A stretch of 64,000 bases of DNA from Dehalococcoidia bacterium (GTDB lineage Bacteria; Chloroflexota; Dehalococcoidia; GIF9; AB-539-J10). Of the stretch, positions 1 through 8,359 are shown piece after piece. The notes under the pieces are model-generated. The model worked only from the letters and a program-made list of their open reading frames with translations, ran no database searches and was not told the origin of the DNA. The stretch lies in NCBI GenBank assembly GCA_030612025.1, contig JAUWOR010000010.1, positions 11,102 through 75,101 of the forward strand, written 5' to 3'. The first letter of the stretch is position 1; the number at the start of each line of letters is the position of its first letter. The position numbers and the translations under genes are program-made.

Positions 1-9
1 GAGCCCAGC

Positions 10-624
10 GTGGTAATCTGGGAGGGCGCCATAGACTGCAACACCACCTACTACTGGAGAGTGAGAACTCGCTATGCTGAGACTACCGAGATAATCCGGA
101 GCTTCTGGTCTGACACCTGGAGCTTCACCGTTGAAGCCGGTCCTACTGTGGCCATTAATTTGATAGCTCCGGAGCCCAACCAGCTCAATGTGCCGATAAC
201 CAATGTTGGCTTCACCTGGTCGTCGGTTGCTGATGCTGACAGCTATGACTTCGTCCTATCAGCCAACGCTGACCTGTCCAGTCCCATAGAAACCAAGACA
301 GGGTTAACCGGTACTGCCTACACTTATGCTGGAAACCTGGATTACGACACTGCTTACTTCTGGCAGGTAACGGCAATGAAGGATGGTAATGTCTTCTCCG
401 AGAGTGACGTTAGCACCTTCTACACGATACCTGCGGCGGTATACACCTGCCCACAATGTGGCTTGACCTTCCCCACCGAAGCAGCTCTGAAGGCACACAT
501 TGCTGAGGCGCACCCAGCTCCACCACCGCCTGTAACTCCAGCCTGGGTATGGGTAGTTATCGGCCTCGGCGCTGTTCTGGTGATCGTGGTCATAGTGCTC
601 ATCTTCAGAACACGGCGGGTGTAA
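10..624 (+). CDS. 3' part of a large S-layer-like surface protein (FN3-like domains, C2H2 zinc-finger motif, Pro linker, C-terminal TM anchor); 5' end lies outside the window
   Basis: TTYYWRV and YFWQV FN3-type motifs, CPQC-x12-H-x4-H, PAPPPPVTPAW, hydrophobic helix followed by RTRR. Confidence 0.75.
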   Translation: MVIWEGAIDCNTTYYWRVRTRYAETTEIIRSFWSDTWSFTVEAGPTVAINLIAPEPNQLNVPITNVGFTWSSVADADSYDFVLSANADLSSPIETKTGLTGTAYTYAGNLDYDTAYFWQVTAMKDGNVFSESDVSTFYTIPAAVYTCPQCGLTFPTEAALKAHIAEAHPAPPPPVTPAWVWVVIGLGAVLVIVVIVLIFRTRRV

Positions 625-675
625 TTACACCCTCACCTCAATCCCCTCCCTTCAAGAGAGAGGAAAGGGGACTCC

Positions 676-710
676 AAAAAGGGGCGGCTAAAAGCCGCCC
701 CTTTTTCTTT
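676..710 (+). terminator. Rho-independent terminator (bidirectional form)
   Basis: AAAAA GGGGCGGCT AAA AGCCGCCCC TTTTTCTTT, 50 nt after the stop codon. Confidence 0.85.
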
Positions 711-723
711 CTCCCTATAATCA

Positions 724-999
724 TAGTGGCGGGGTTCATCCCCGCCATATGGCGTATTATGCCCCTATACCTCGGTCGGGGACAAGCCCCAACCCTACAT
801 TTGGTAATATAGTCGTAGTGCGACCCTTCAGGGTCGTGCAATTTACCTGGGCACGAGGCTTAAGCCTCGCACTACAAAGTTCTGCCCAATGGCTGGCGCC
901 TAATGACTATTTTTGTCATTGCCAGTCGCGCCCTTCTTTGTCATTGTGAGGAGCCTGATTTATCAGGCACAGTCTCGCCCAATAAATTGGGCAACTACA
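724..999. repeat. Cluster of three different GTAG-REP doublets: R3 724-798, R2 815-875, R1 951-999
   Basis: R3 TAGTGGCGGGGTTCATCCCCGCC...GGGGACAAGCCCCAACCCTAC; R2 GTAGTGCGACCCTTCAGGGTCG...CGAGGCTTAAGCCTCGCACTAC; R1 GCCTGATTTATCAGGC...CGCCCAATAAATTGGGCAACTAC; each recurs elsewhere in the window. Confidence 0.85.
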
Positions 1000-1047
1000 T
1001 TTTTTAATTTGACCCCGCAGCCCAGCTATGTTAGGCTTACAGTCTAT

Positions 1048-1265
1048 ATGTCAAAGAACCTTGAGGAAGGCCGCAGGTGGCTAGCTCAAGCTCAAAGGGA
1101 TTTGGCTGATGGAGGATAAGGTAGCTAAACAGGTGTTTTAAATATGCAACATCAATCTTGAAAAACGTGGAGAGATTGCTAACCAAATAGAACAATATTG
1201 CCGAGAAATAGTAAAGGAATTCAATCCGCATCAGGTAATCTTGTTTGGCTCCTTTGCCACTTTAT
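1048..1265 (+). pseudogene. Remnants of a HEPN / minimal nucleotidyltransferase toxin-antitoxin pair
   Basis: MSKNLEEGRRWLAQAQRDL (HEPN-type N-terminus, stops at 1119) and IEQYCREIVKEFNPHQVILFGSFA (MNT-type N-terminus), both truncated. Confidence 0.6.
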
Positions 1266-1335
1266 CCCAGAAAAGGCAATTTTTACCATTTACTTTTTGG
1301 GGGTGTTTTCGTTTATAATAGTGGAGGTTAAAAAT

Positions 1336-1612
1336 GTAGTGCCAGGCTTTAGCCTCGTGCAGGATGGTAAATGGAAAAGGGCACGCCCCTGAAGGGTCGC
1401 ACTACGAGATTTTATGAGCAAAGCGAAGGAACTCGACGAAGCAATCTCCATGAGTGCTCGGCCACCGAGATTGCCGCGCTTCGCTTGCAATGACAGGTGG
1501 GGAAGCTGACAAATAACTACGGAATGTAGGAGGGAATAATCGTAGTGGCGGAGTTTATCTCCCCGACCCTCACCTAGCCTCTCCCTTGAAGGGAGAGGAA
1601 CAAGGTGAGGGT
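1336..1612. repeat. Composite repeat cluster: R2 REP doublet 1336-1405, GAAGCAATCTC/GAGATTGC...GCAATGAC palindrome, partial R3, CCTCTCCC..GGGAGAGG hairpin
   Basis: Same motifs as other intergenic copies in the window. Confidence 0.75.
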
Positions 1613-1704
1613 GATAAAAAGGATTAAGAAAGTAAGATTTAGCTTCGCTAAATGGATAATAAGGAACCACTTAGGAAAGAAAAATTAAATAGGAGGATTG
1701 TTAA

Positions 1705-3375
1705 ATGAAGTTATTGTCTCGACTAATTATCGCTCTGGTCATCTGCCTTATGGCCATTCCCGTGCTGGCTACTCCGGTAGAGGCCCATCCAGGCTTCAGC
1801 CTTAGAAACACCACGAGCTATACTGGCCTTGACAGGGATGAGGGCTATATAGGGGATGAGGTAAGGATATATGGTTCGTGGGATGAGACTCATGGCCGGT
1901 ATATCTACATCTACTACGAACTATATGGCGAGGATGAAGAGGATTGGCATCACGAGAAGGTAGGCTATGAGGAATACGATGATACGAACGAGACCTACTC
2001 TTTTGACTACGATCTTGAGATACCAGAAAGCTGCTCTGGAGTGCACGAAATTCTAATCTGCGATGATGATGACCCCGATGAGGATGTTGACACCCTGGAG
2101 TTCACTGTCTATCCCTCAATAGAGATAGATGAAAGTGAAGGACCAGCCGGGACCGAGGTTGAGGTGACAGGATTTGCCTGGGATGAGGATGAGAGTGAGA
2201 TCGAGATAAGGTTTTATCTGGAAGACCCTGATGATGACTACGATGATGATGACCTATATGAGGTGGTATGGCCTGTAGAGGGCGAGAGTGGGGATATCGA
2301 GGTTGATGACTATGGTAGCTGGGAAGATGTTACCTTTGAGGTGCCCCATGCCAGTAAGGGAGACCATTGGATATATGCCGTGGGGGATGAGTCTGATGAT
2401 ATTGAGGATGATAAAATCAAGGGAGTAGAATTTGAGGTTCTGCCGGGAATAAGCCTGGATAAAGAATCCGGCGGTTTTGGTGAAACTATAACCGTGACTG
2501 GCAGCGGATTTGAGGAGGACGAGACCAGAATCAAGATATTGTTCGATGGCGATGCAGTAAAGGAGGATATTGAGGCTGATGATGATGGCATATGGGAGGC
2601 AACTTTCGAGGTGCCCGAGGCTGCCAAGGGCAAATACGATGTGACCGCTGAGGGAAGAAAGACCGATAAAGAAGACATCGAGGAGGTGGAATTTGAGGTA
2701 GTGCCGGGCTTGGTGCTGTCTCCCACTGAAGGGCATGTGGGCACAAGCCTAACCATCAGCGGCGGTGGCTTCCTAGCTAATAAATCGGTAACCATCACCT
2801 ACGATGGAGTGACCAAAGGCAGCGTCACCACCAATAGCAAAGGCAGCTTTTCCGGTATTAGCTTTGAAGCCACACATACCCAGACAACGCACACTGTAGA
2901 ACATCCTGTAGTAGCTACCTATGATACTACTACACTTAGCACCAAGTTCATTATGGAATCAACGGCGCCAGCTAAGCCTACGCTCAGCTCACCTGTCAAT
3001 GCCAGCAGAGTGGGACTCTTCGGCAAGCAAACTCCTACATTCACCTGGTCGGCAGTGACCGATGACAGCGGGGTCAGCTATAATCTCCAAATAGGAACCA
3101 GCGCTGATTTTGCCCAGGTGCTAATATCTAAGACAGGGTTAACTGAGGTCACCTATACCTTAGCCGGCGCAGAAGCCCTAGACTATGGCAGCTATTACTG
3201 GAGGGTAAAGGCCATAGATGGCGCTCAAAACGCTAGCGACTGGACTACCGCCTACTCCTTTAAGTCTGCGCTTTTGCCTTTATGGGCCTTTATTGCTATA
3301 GTGGCTCTAATAGTGGTGCTCATTGGCGCCCTGATTTTTGTCTTTGGCATCAGAAAAAGGGCACCATATGATTGA
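1705..3375 (+). CDS. Secreted, C-terminally anchored, very acidic IPT/TIG + FN3 surface protein
   Basis: Signal peptide, repeated GxxGxxVTVTGxGF units, YYWRVKA, TM helix + RKR; RBS AGGAGG. Confidence 0.8.
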   Translation: MKLLSRLIIALVICLMAIPVLATPVEAHPGFSLRNTTSYTGLDRDEGYIGDEVRIYGSWDETHGRYIYIYYELYGEDEEDWHHEKVGYEEYDDTNETYSFDYDLEIPESCSGVHEILICDDDDPDEDVDTLEFTVYPSIEIDESEGPAGTEVEVTGFAWDEDESEIEIRFYLEDPDDDYDDDDLYEVVWPVEGESGDIEVDDYGSWEDVTFEVPHASKGDHWIYAVGDESDDIEDDKIKGVEFEVLPGISLDKESGGFGETITVTGSGFEEDETRIKILFDGDAVKEDIEADDDGIWEATFEVPEAAKGKYDVTAEGRKTDKEDIEEVEFEVVPGLVLSPTEGHVGTSLTISGGGFLANKSVTITYDGVTKGSVTTNSKGSFSGISFEATHTQTTHTVEHPVVATYDTTTLSTKFIMESTAPAKPTLSSPVNASRVGLFGKQTPTFTWSAVTDDSGVSYNLQIGTSADFAQVLISKTGLTEVTYTLAGAEALDYGSYYWRVKAIDGAQNASDWTTAYSFKSALLPLWAFIAIVALIVVLIGALIFVFGIRKRAPYD

Positions 3376-3378
3376 GAA

Positions 3379-3602
3379 GGCTGTTTAAAAATGTAGTTGC
3401 CCAATTTATTGGGCGACCGTGCCTGATGAATCAGGCAACTACGAAATATCTTGGGGAAGCGGCACTACATGATGAGGTTTGAAAATGTAGTTGCCCAATT
3501 TATTGGGCGGCCGTGCCTGATAAATCAGGCAACTACAAAAATTTGGGGCTGAAACCCCTCTGAGATAGCTGAAATTGAACAGGCAATCAAAATTAAACAG
3601 CC
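3379..3602. mobile_element. MITE-like element with GGCTGTTTAA/TTAAACAGCC terminal inverted repeats containing two R1 REP doublets (3393-3442, 3487-3536)
   Basis: Perfect 10-bp terminal inverted repeat; its right 41 nt match the reverse complement of 6839-6879 with 1 mismatch. Confidence 0.6.
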
Positions 3603-3608
3603 GGTTGA

Positions 3609-3702
3609 GGGATTGCTTCGCCTTCGGCTGGCAATGGCCCCTTTTTGTCACCCTGAGCGCAGCGAAGGGTCTCAGAGATTGCCACGCTTCGCTCGCAATG
3701 AC
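3609..3702. repeat. Nested GATTGC...CTCGCAATGAC / GTCACCCTGAG palindromic repeats
   Basis: Same family at 1438-1495, 10321, 23926, 36610, 47511. Confidence 0.7.
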
Positions 3703-3776
3703 AAGGGGGGAGGGGTTGGAATGACAAGAGAACTTATATAGTGTGGGAGAAAATAGATTAAAATTAAGGAGGAAAA

Positions 3777-4952
3777 ATGAAATTAGCAGTTATTGGACTT
3801 GGGCAATGTGGCTGTCGGATTGCTGACAATTTCGCCCGGCTCAACATCAAGGCACATGCCGAACGCAAGGTAACCATATCCCCCATCGTTATTGGGGTAA
3901 ACACGGACCAAGCGGACTTAACCGGGCTAAGGTTTATCAAGAAGGATTATATGCACCGCATACTCATCGGCTTGCGCCAGACATTGGGACATGGAGTGGG
4001 CAAGATAAATGAGCTGGGCGCTGAGTTAGCCCGGGAGGATGGCGATAAGGTGATGGATGCCATGAAAACCGAGCCAAGGTTTTATGAGACGCACGCCTTT
4101 TTGCTCATCGCTGGCGCTGCTGGTGGCACAGGCTCAGGCGGCCTACCAGTAATTGCCAGGATGATTAAGGAGAGATACCTCAACAAGCCAGTTTATGCCC
4201 TTATTGTTCTCCCCTTTGAACATGAGCAATTCAGCGAGGCAAGGAGTGTATACAATAGCGCTACCTGCCTTAAATCTACCTATGACTTAGTGGATGCCAT
4301 CTTTCTGGCTGATAACCAGAGATATGTCAGAAAGGATGCCAGCCTGGTTAATAACATGGAAAGGATAAACCGGATGATCGCCGAGCCCTTCTATGACCTG
4401 ATGTGCGCTGGCGAGGTAACCAAGCGTAAGTATGTCGGCGCCAGAACGATAGATGCCGGGGATTTGATCGCCTCTCTGGAAGGCTGGACAACCATTGGCA
4501 TCGGGAGAACTGAACTCCCCTCCCTTCGCTTTCCCTGGGAGATAAGAAAGAAACATTTCCGCGAGAAGGCTGTGGAAAGCTTCAGAGGGTCGCAGGCCCT
4601 GGATGCCACCGTATCCGACCTTTCCATTACCTGCAACCCTAAGGATGCTGCCAAGGCTTTGTATATTATGGCTGGCCCAGCTAAAGAAATGAATATGGAC
4701 ATGATCAAGAGCGTGAGCAATTACATCAGTGAAATTGCCCCCAATGCCGTAATCAGAGGTGGCGATTTCCCCGGAGAAAAGCATTTCATTGATGTCACCT
4801 TGATATTATCCCAGTTGTCTTTTGTGCCCAAGATAAAAGACTTTTACGAGACGTCCGTCCAATATGGACAGGAACATAAAGGACAGATAGAGGAAACACA
4901 GAAGAGAATCCAGGCCTTAAGTGACCTAGGCAAGGAATTGCCTAACTTGTAG
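3777..4952 (+). CDS. Tubulin/FtsZ-superfamily GTPase, CetZ-like
   Basis: IGLGQCGCRIAD, VNTDQADL, LIG..GHGVGKINELGAE, AAGGTGSG signature, T7-like IDAGD; no FtsZ C-terminal linker or core peptide. Confidence 0.85.
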   Translation: MKLAVIGLGQCGCRIADNFARLNIKAHAERKVTISPIVIGVNTDQADLTGLRFIKKDYMHRILIGLRQTLGHGVGKINELGAELAREDGDKVMDAMKTEPRFYETHAFLLIAGAAGGTGSGGLPVIARMIKERYLNKPVYALIVLPFEHEQFSEARSVYNSATCLKSTYDLVDAIFLADNQRYVRKDASLVNNMERINRMIAEPFYDLMCAGEVTKRKYVGARTIDAGDLIASLEGWTTIGIGRTELPSLRFPWEIRKKHFREKAVESFRGSQALDATVSDLSITCNPKDAAKALYIMAGPAKEMNMDMIKSVSNYISEIAPNAVIRGGDFPGEKHFIDVTLILSQLSFVPKIKDFYETSVQYGQEHKGQIEETQKRIQALSDLGKELPNL

Positions 4953-4980
4953 TAAGCAATCCTTTGACCTATTTATGCTT

Positions 4981-5031
4981 GTAGTTGCCCAATTTATTTG
5001 GGCTACCGGGCCTGATAAATCAGGCAACTAC
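4981..5031. repeat. R1 REP doublet between convergent genes
   Basis: GTAGTTGCCCAATTTATTTGGGC...GCCTGATAAATCAGGCAACTAC. Confidence 0.9.
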
Positions 5032-5069
5032 GAAATATTTCAGGAGGAGTGCCGGGGGTTATCCCCGCC

Positions 5070-6062
5070 TTAAAAGGCGAGCTTTAAGACAAAGGCTATA
5101 ATCCAGCCGAGGATAGCACAGGCGGGAAAGGTCAAAATCCAGGTTAAGACAATATTTCTGGCTATCCCCCACCGCACTGCGGAGAGACGTCTTGTAGCAC
5201 CTACCCCCATGATCGCCGTGGTGATACAGTGCGTGGTGCTTACTGGAATACCGAAGTGTGAGGCAACCTCAATAACAGTAGCCGCCGATGCCTCGGCGGC
5301 AAATCCATGGACGGGACGCAAGGTGGTCACCTTCAATCCCAGTGTTTCGATAACTCGCCACCCACCAATAAGAGTGCCAAAGCTAATTGAAGCTGCGGAA
5401 ACTACCACAGCCCAGAAGGGGATATAGAATTCGCCGTATCCATGATAGACCATTAAAGCCATGGCGATTAAGCCAATAGGCATCTGACCATCATTCTTGC
5501 CGTGACTATAAGCCAGGAAGGCTGCCGAAAGGATCTGCAGGTTGCTGAAGACACCTCGCATCTTTTCCGGCGCGGCTCTTCGGAAAAGCCACATTATAGC
5601 CACCATGACCAAAAAACCACCGCTAAGACCTAAGAGAGGGGCGATGCCGACGGCAGAAAGCACTTTCCCCAGAACCCCCCAAACGATGATTTTACTACCC
5701 GAAGTAGCAATGCCAGCCCCTACCAATCCCGCCACCAACCCATGGGTCAAACTTATGGGCATGCCATAGCGTGTGGCGACAACAGCCCAGATAATAATTG
5801 CCCCACTTGCAGCAAGCACAATACTCATAGTCAAGGCTTCAGAGTCAACAATCCCTTTGCCAATGGTTAGGGCCACGGCAGTGCCTGTGGCTGCCCCAGC
5901 GAAATTAAGAAAGGCGGCCATAATTATGGCCGCCCGAGGAGAGAGGCTACGAGTACCGATCACTGTAGCGATGGCATTAGCAGCATCATTAACCCCGTTC
6001 ACAATGCCGAAGCCAATGGCCGCTATAATCACCAGGATTAGCAGTGCCAAGAGGTCAGGCAT
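5070..6062 (-). CDS. pit: PiT-family inorganic phosphate transporter
   Basis: NGVNDAANAIAT, HGKNDGQ and PVSTTH motifs. Confidence 0.92.
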   Translation of the reverse strand: MPDLLALLILVIIAAIGFGIVNGVNDAANAIATVIGTRSLSPRAAIIMAAFLNFAGAATGTAVALTIGKGIVDSEALTMSIVLAASGAIIIWAVVATRYGMPISLTHGLVAGLVGAGIATSGSKIIVWGVLGKVLSAVGIAPLLGLSGGFLVMVAIMWLFRRAAPEKMRGVFSNLQILSAAFLAYSHGKNDGQMPIGLIAMALMVYHGYGEFYIPFWAVVVSAASISFGTLIGGWRVIETLGLKVTTLRPVHGFAAEASAATVIEVASHFGIPVSTTHCITTAIMGVGATRRLSAVRWGIARNIVLTWILTFPACAILGWIIAFVLKLAF

Positions 6063-6684
6063 GCTTCAATACTATACCTTCGAGAACATTGGCTACATCT
6101 TCGCCTCGATCGGTAGCGTCTTCCAAGTGTTGGTAGATTTCGCGCCATTTGATTATCTCACATGCATCCATCGGGTTATCAAATAGCTCAGCTAAGGCAG
6201 CATGAAGCACATCATCAGCCTCGTTTTCCAGACTATTGATCTCCACACACTGCTCCAGAATCCGCGGGAACTGGTCACGGTGACGTAAGCGAGGCAGTAC
6301 CTCGTTCAATTGATAGGTTACCTTAGCTACGATTAAGGTTAGCTGTCGTGCCCTTTCCGTGGGTTGGGTAATGTGGTAAAGGAAGGCAGTTCTGCCAGCA
6401 GCCTCAATGAAATCCATGACGTCGTCCAAGGTTTGGGCCAGGAGAGCAATATCCTCCCTATCAATAGGAGTCACGAAAGTGCGATGCAGCCTCTGTATTA
6501 TCTCGTGAGTGATGATGTCACCCTGGTGCTCCAAATCCTTGAGTTGATTTGCTTTCACTTCAACATCTTCGTAGTTCTCAAAGAAGTCAACTAGCTTTTC
6601 TGCGGCAGTGACTAGATTAGCAGTGTCCTGTTCGAACAAGTCATAAAACTTCGTATCTCTGGGCGTTATTAGGAACTTAGCCAA
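6055..6684 (-). CDS. DUF47 / PhoU-like Pit accessory protein
   Basis: LEHQGD, TPIDREDI, LENEAD, IKWREIY; overlaps pit. Confidence 0.9.
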   Translation of the reverse strand: MAKFLITPRDTKFYDLFEQDTANLVTAAEKLVDFFENYEDVEVKANQLKDLEHQGDIITHEIIQRLHRTFVTPIDREDIALLAQTLDDVMDFIEAAGRTAFLYHITQPTERARQLTLIVAKVTYQLNEVLPRLRHRDQFPRILEQCVEINSLENEADDVLHAALAELFDNPMDACEIIKWREIYQHLEDATDRGEDVANVLEGIVLKHA

Positions 6685-6888
6685 AATATAACTCCCCTCC
6701 CTCGCCAGATAAGGGGATGGGCGGACGAGGGCGCTCTTTTATTTCTACCTCGCAGTATATCATAGCACACCTTATTATGAGAAGTCGTTTGTAGACGTCC
6801 ATATGATTAGTGACACATCACCTCCTTTGTTGCTATCAGGCTGTTTAATTTTGATTCCCTGTTCAATTTCAGCTATCTCAACAACCTT

Positions 6889-7025
6889 AAATTCTAAATC
6901 CTAATTTCTAAACTCTAAACAAATTCTAAATTCCAAATTCAAATACCAAAACTCGTTTTGTTTTGGATTTTTCTCATTTGTGCTTTAGTATTGTTTAGTA
7001 TTTCGTATTTAGTGCTTAGGATTTT
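6889..7025. repeat. AT-rich imperfect hairpin built from 7-mer repeats (TCTAAAT-like left arm, TTTAGTA-like right arm)
   Basis: AAATCCTAA...TTAGGATTT ends with heptamer periodicity. Confidence 0.7.
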
Positions 7026-7040
7026 CACGTTCATCTTTTT

Positions 7041-7091
7041 GTAGTTGCCTGATTTATCAGGCCCTTATCGCCCCATAAATTGGGCAACTAC
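7041..7091. repeat. R1 REP doublet
   Basis: GTAGTTGCCTGATTTATCAGGC...CGCCCCATAAATTGGGCAACTAC. Confidence 0.9.
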
Positions 7092-7120
7092 TAGTCCTTC
7101 AAAAGAGACACAGGAAAACC

Positions 7121-7390
7121 TTAGAATAGCCTATCACCTTTATTATAAGTATCTTCGGAACGTCTAGCTATCTTACCGATAATCACCAGTCGATCCTTAT
7201 CAAACACAGCGTAAATAATACGCCAATCGCCAACACGAATTCGATAAATAGGCCCCCTGAGCTTTCTTACTCCTAAAGGGCGAGGATTAGCCCCCAGCGC
7301 ACGAATAGCGGCAACTATACGCTCAAACTCTACCTTGCCAAGCTTATCTAATTCATGCTGGGCCCTAGGAGTAAGCTCAACCTTGTGCAC
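7121..7390 (-). CDS. RelE/ParE-family toxin
   Basis: NPRPLGVRKL, YRIRVGDWRIIY. Confidence 0.9.
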   Translation of the reverse strand: MHKVELTPRAQHELDKLGKVEFERIVAAIRALGANPRPLGVRKLRGPIYRIRVGDWRIIYAVFDKDRLVIIGKIARRSEDTYNKGDRLF

Positions 7391-7616
7391 ATGCCTTCTT
7401 CCGGCTCAGATACTCTTCCAACTCTATTGCCGAGCCAGCTTGGCTTTGATATCGAGCTAATTCCTCCTCCATATCTTTAATGTCTTCAATATCCTCTCCG
7501 TAGACGATATCAATAGCCCTCCGAATGAGCTCAGCAATAGAAACATTCTTCTCAAAAGCTAATTTCTTCAGCCCTTGGTGACTCTCCTCACTAATATAAA
7601 CCATAGTTTTTTTCAT
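7377..7616 (-). CDS. CopG/RHH antitoxin
   Basis: MKKTMVYIS...VSIAELIRRAI; overlaps the toxin start. Confidence 0.85.
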   Translation of the reverse strand: MKKTMVYISEESHQGLKKLAFEKNVSIAELIRRAIDIVYGEDIEDIKDMEEELARYQSQAGSAIELEEYLSRKKACAQG

Positions 7617-7685
7617 GCTTAACTCCTATAGCTTAATTATCTTTGCTCACTATGACAGATATATGTCATGATGTCAACCAGCCGG

Positions 7686-8201
7686 CTACTTGAATCTCTT
7701 TACCTCAAAACGATAGAGGCTAACAGGTTCGTCAAAGGATATCCCGGCCTTGAGTCGGCAAATCTCGATCTGCCTCTCAACTGTGTCCACACCCTCCAGG
7801 TTAGGCAGCAAAAGCCCTCGCCGGAAACCACTCTCCACAATCACCCCATACTTTTTCGGGTCAAGTTGACTTACATCGCCTACCGGCTCAGGCTTAGTAA
7901 GAATATCCACGCTATATTCCAGGTCACCCAGCTCGGATGCCGCTATTGGCGGGAAACGAGGGTCTCTGGTAGCCGAGCTAATAGCATTGGTCATAATCTC
8001 CTCAGCTACACTGGCTTTAGTCGGCTCAAAAGTGCCAATGCAGCCTCTTAACTCGCCTTGCTTGTGAATGGAAACAAAAACGCCCGCTCGTTCTCTCATC
8101 TCAGGAGTCAGTTCTCTCGGCTGAGGTATTTTACCCTCACGGATATAGCTTTCCACCGTTTCCCTAGCTAGTTTCACTATGGGATGAAGTCCCTCTTTCA
8201 T
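7686..8201 (-). CDS. amrA: AmmeMemoRadiSam system protein A (AMMECR1 domain)
   Basis: GVFVS, LRGCIGT, DPRF, GLLLP. Confidence 0.92.
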   Translation of the reverse strand: MKEGLHPIVKLARETVESYIREGKIPQPRELTPEMRERAGVFVSIHKQGELRGCIGTFEPTKASVAEEIMTNAISSATRDPRFPPIAASELGDLEYSVDILTKPEPVGDVSQLDPKKYGVIVESGFRRGLLLPNLEGVDTVERQIEICRLKAGISFDEPVSLYRFEVKRFK

Positions 8202-8359
8202 AAATACCTCCCTCTAACTCCCTCCCGCCAGGGGAGGGAGGATTGTAGTATCCTAATATTACCTCATTATTAACCCTCTCCCTTGATGGGAGACAACATT
8301 CGCTTAGTCCTCTCCCTTCGAGGGAGAGGACTAAGGTGCCTTTCCTCCAAATCCTCGTA

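Noticed and set aside
549-1046. Short ORFs 549-812, 638-841, 749-949 and similar (1290-1670, 3439-3651, 9132-9365, 23965-24294, 36311-36685, 47424-47618)
   Set aside because: They are translations of palindromic repeats or antisense shadows of real genes
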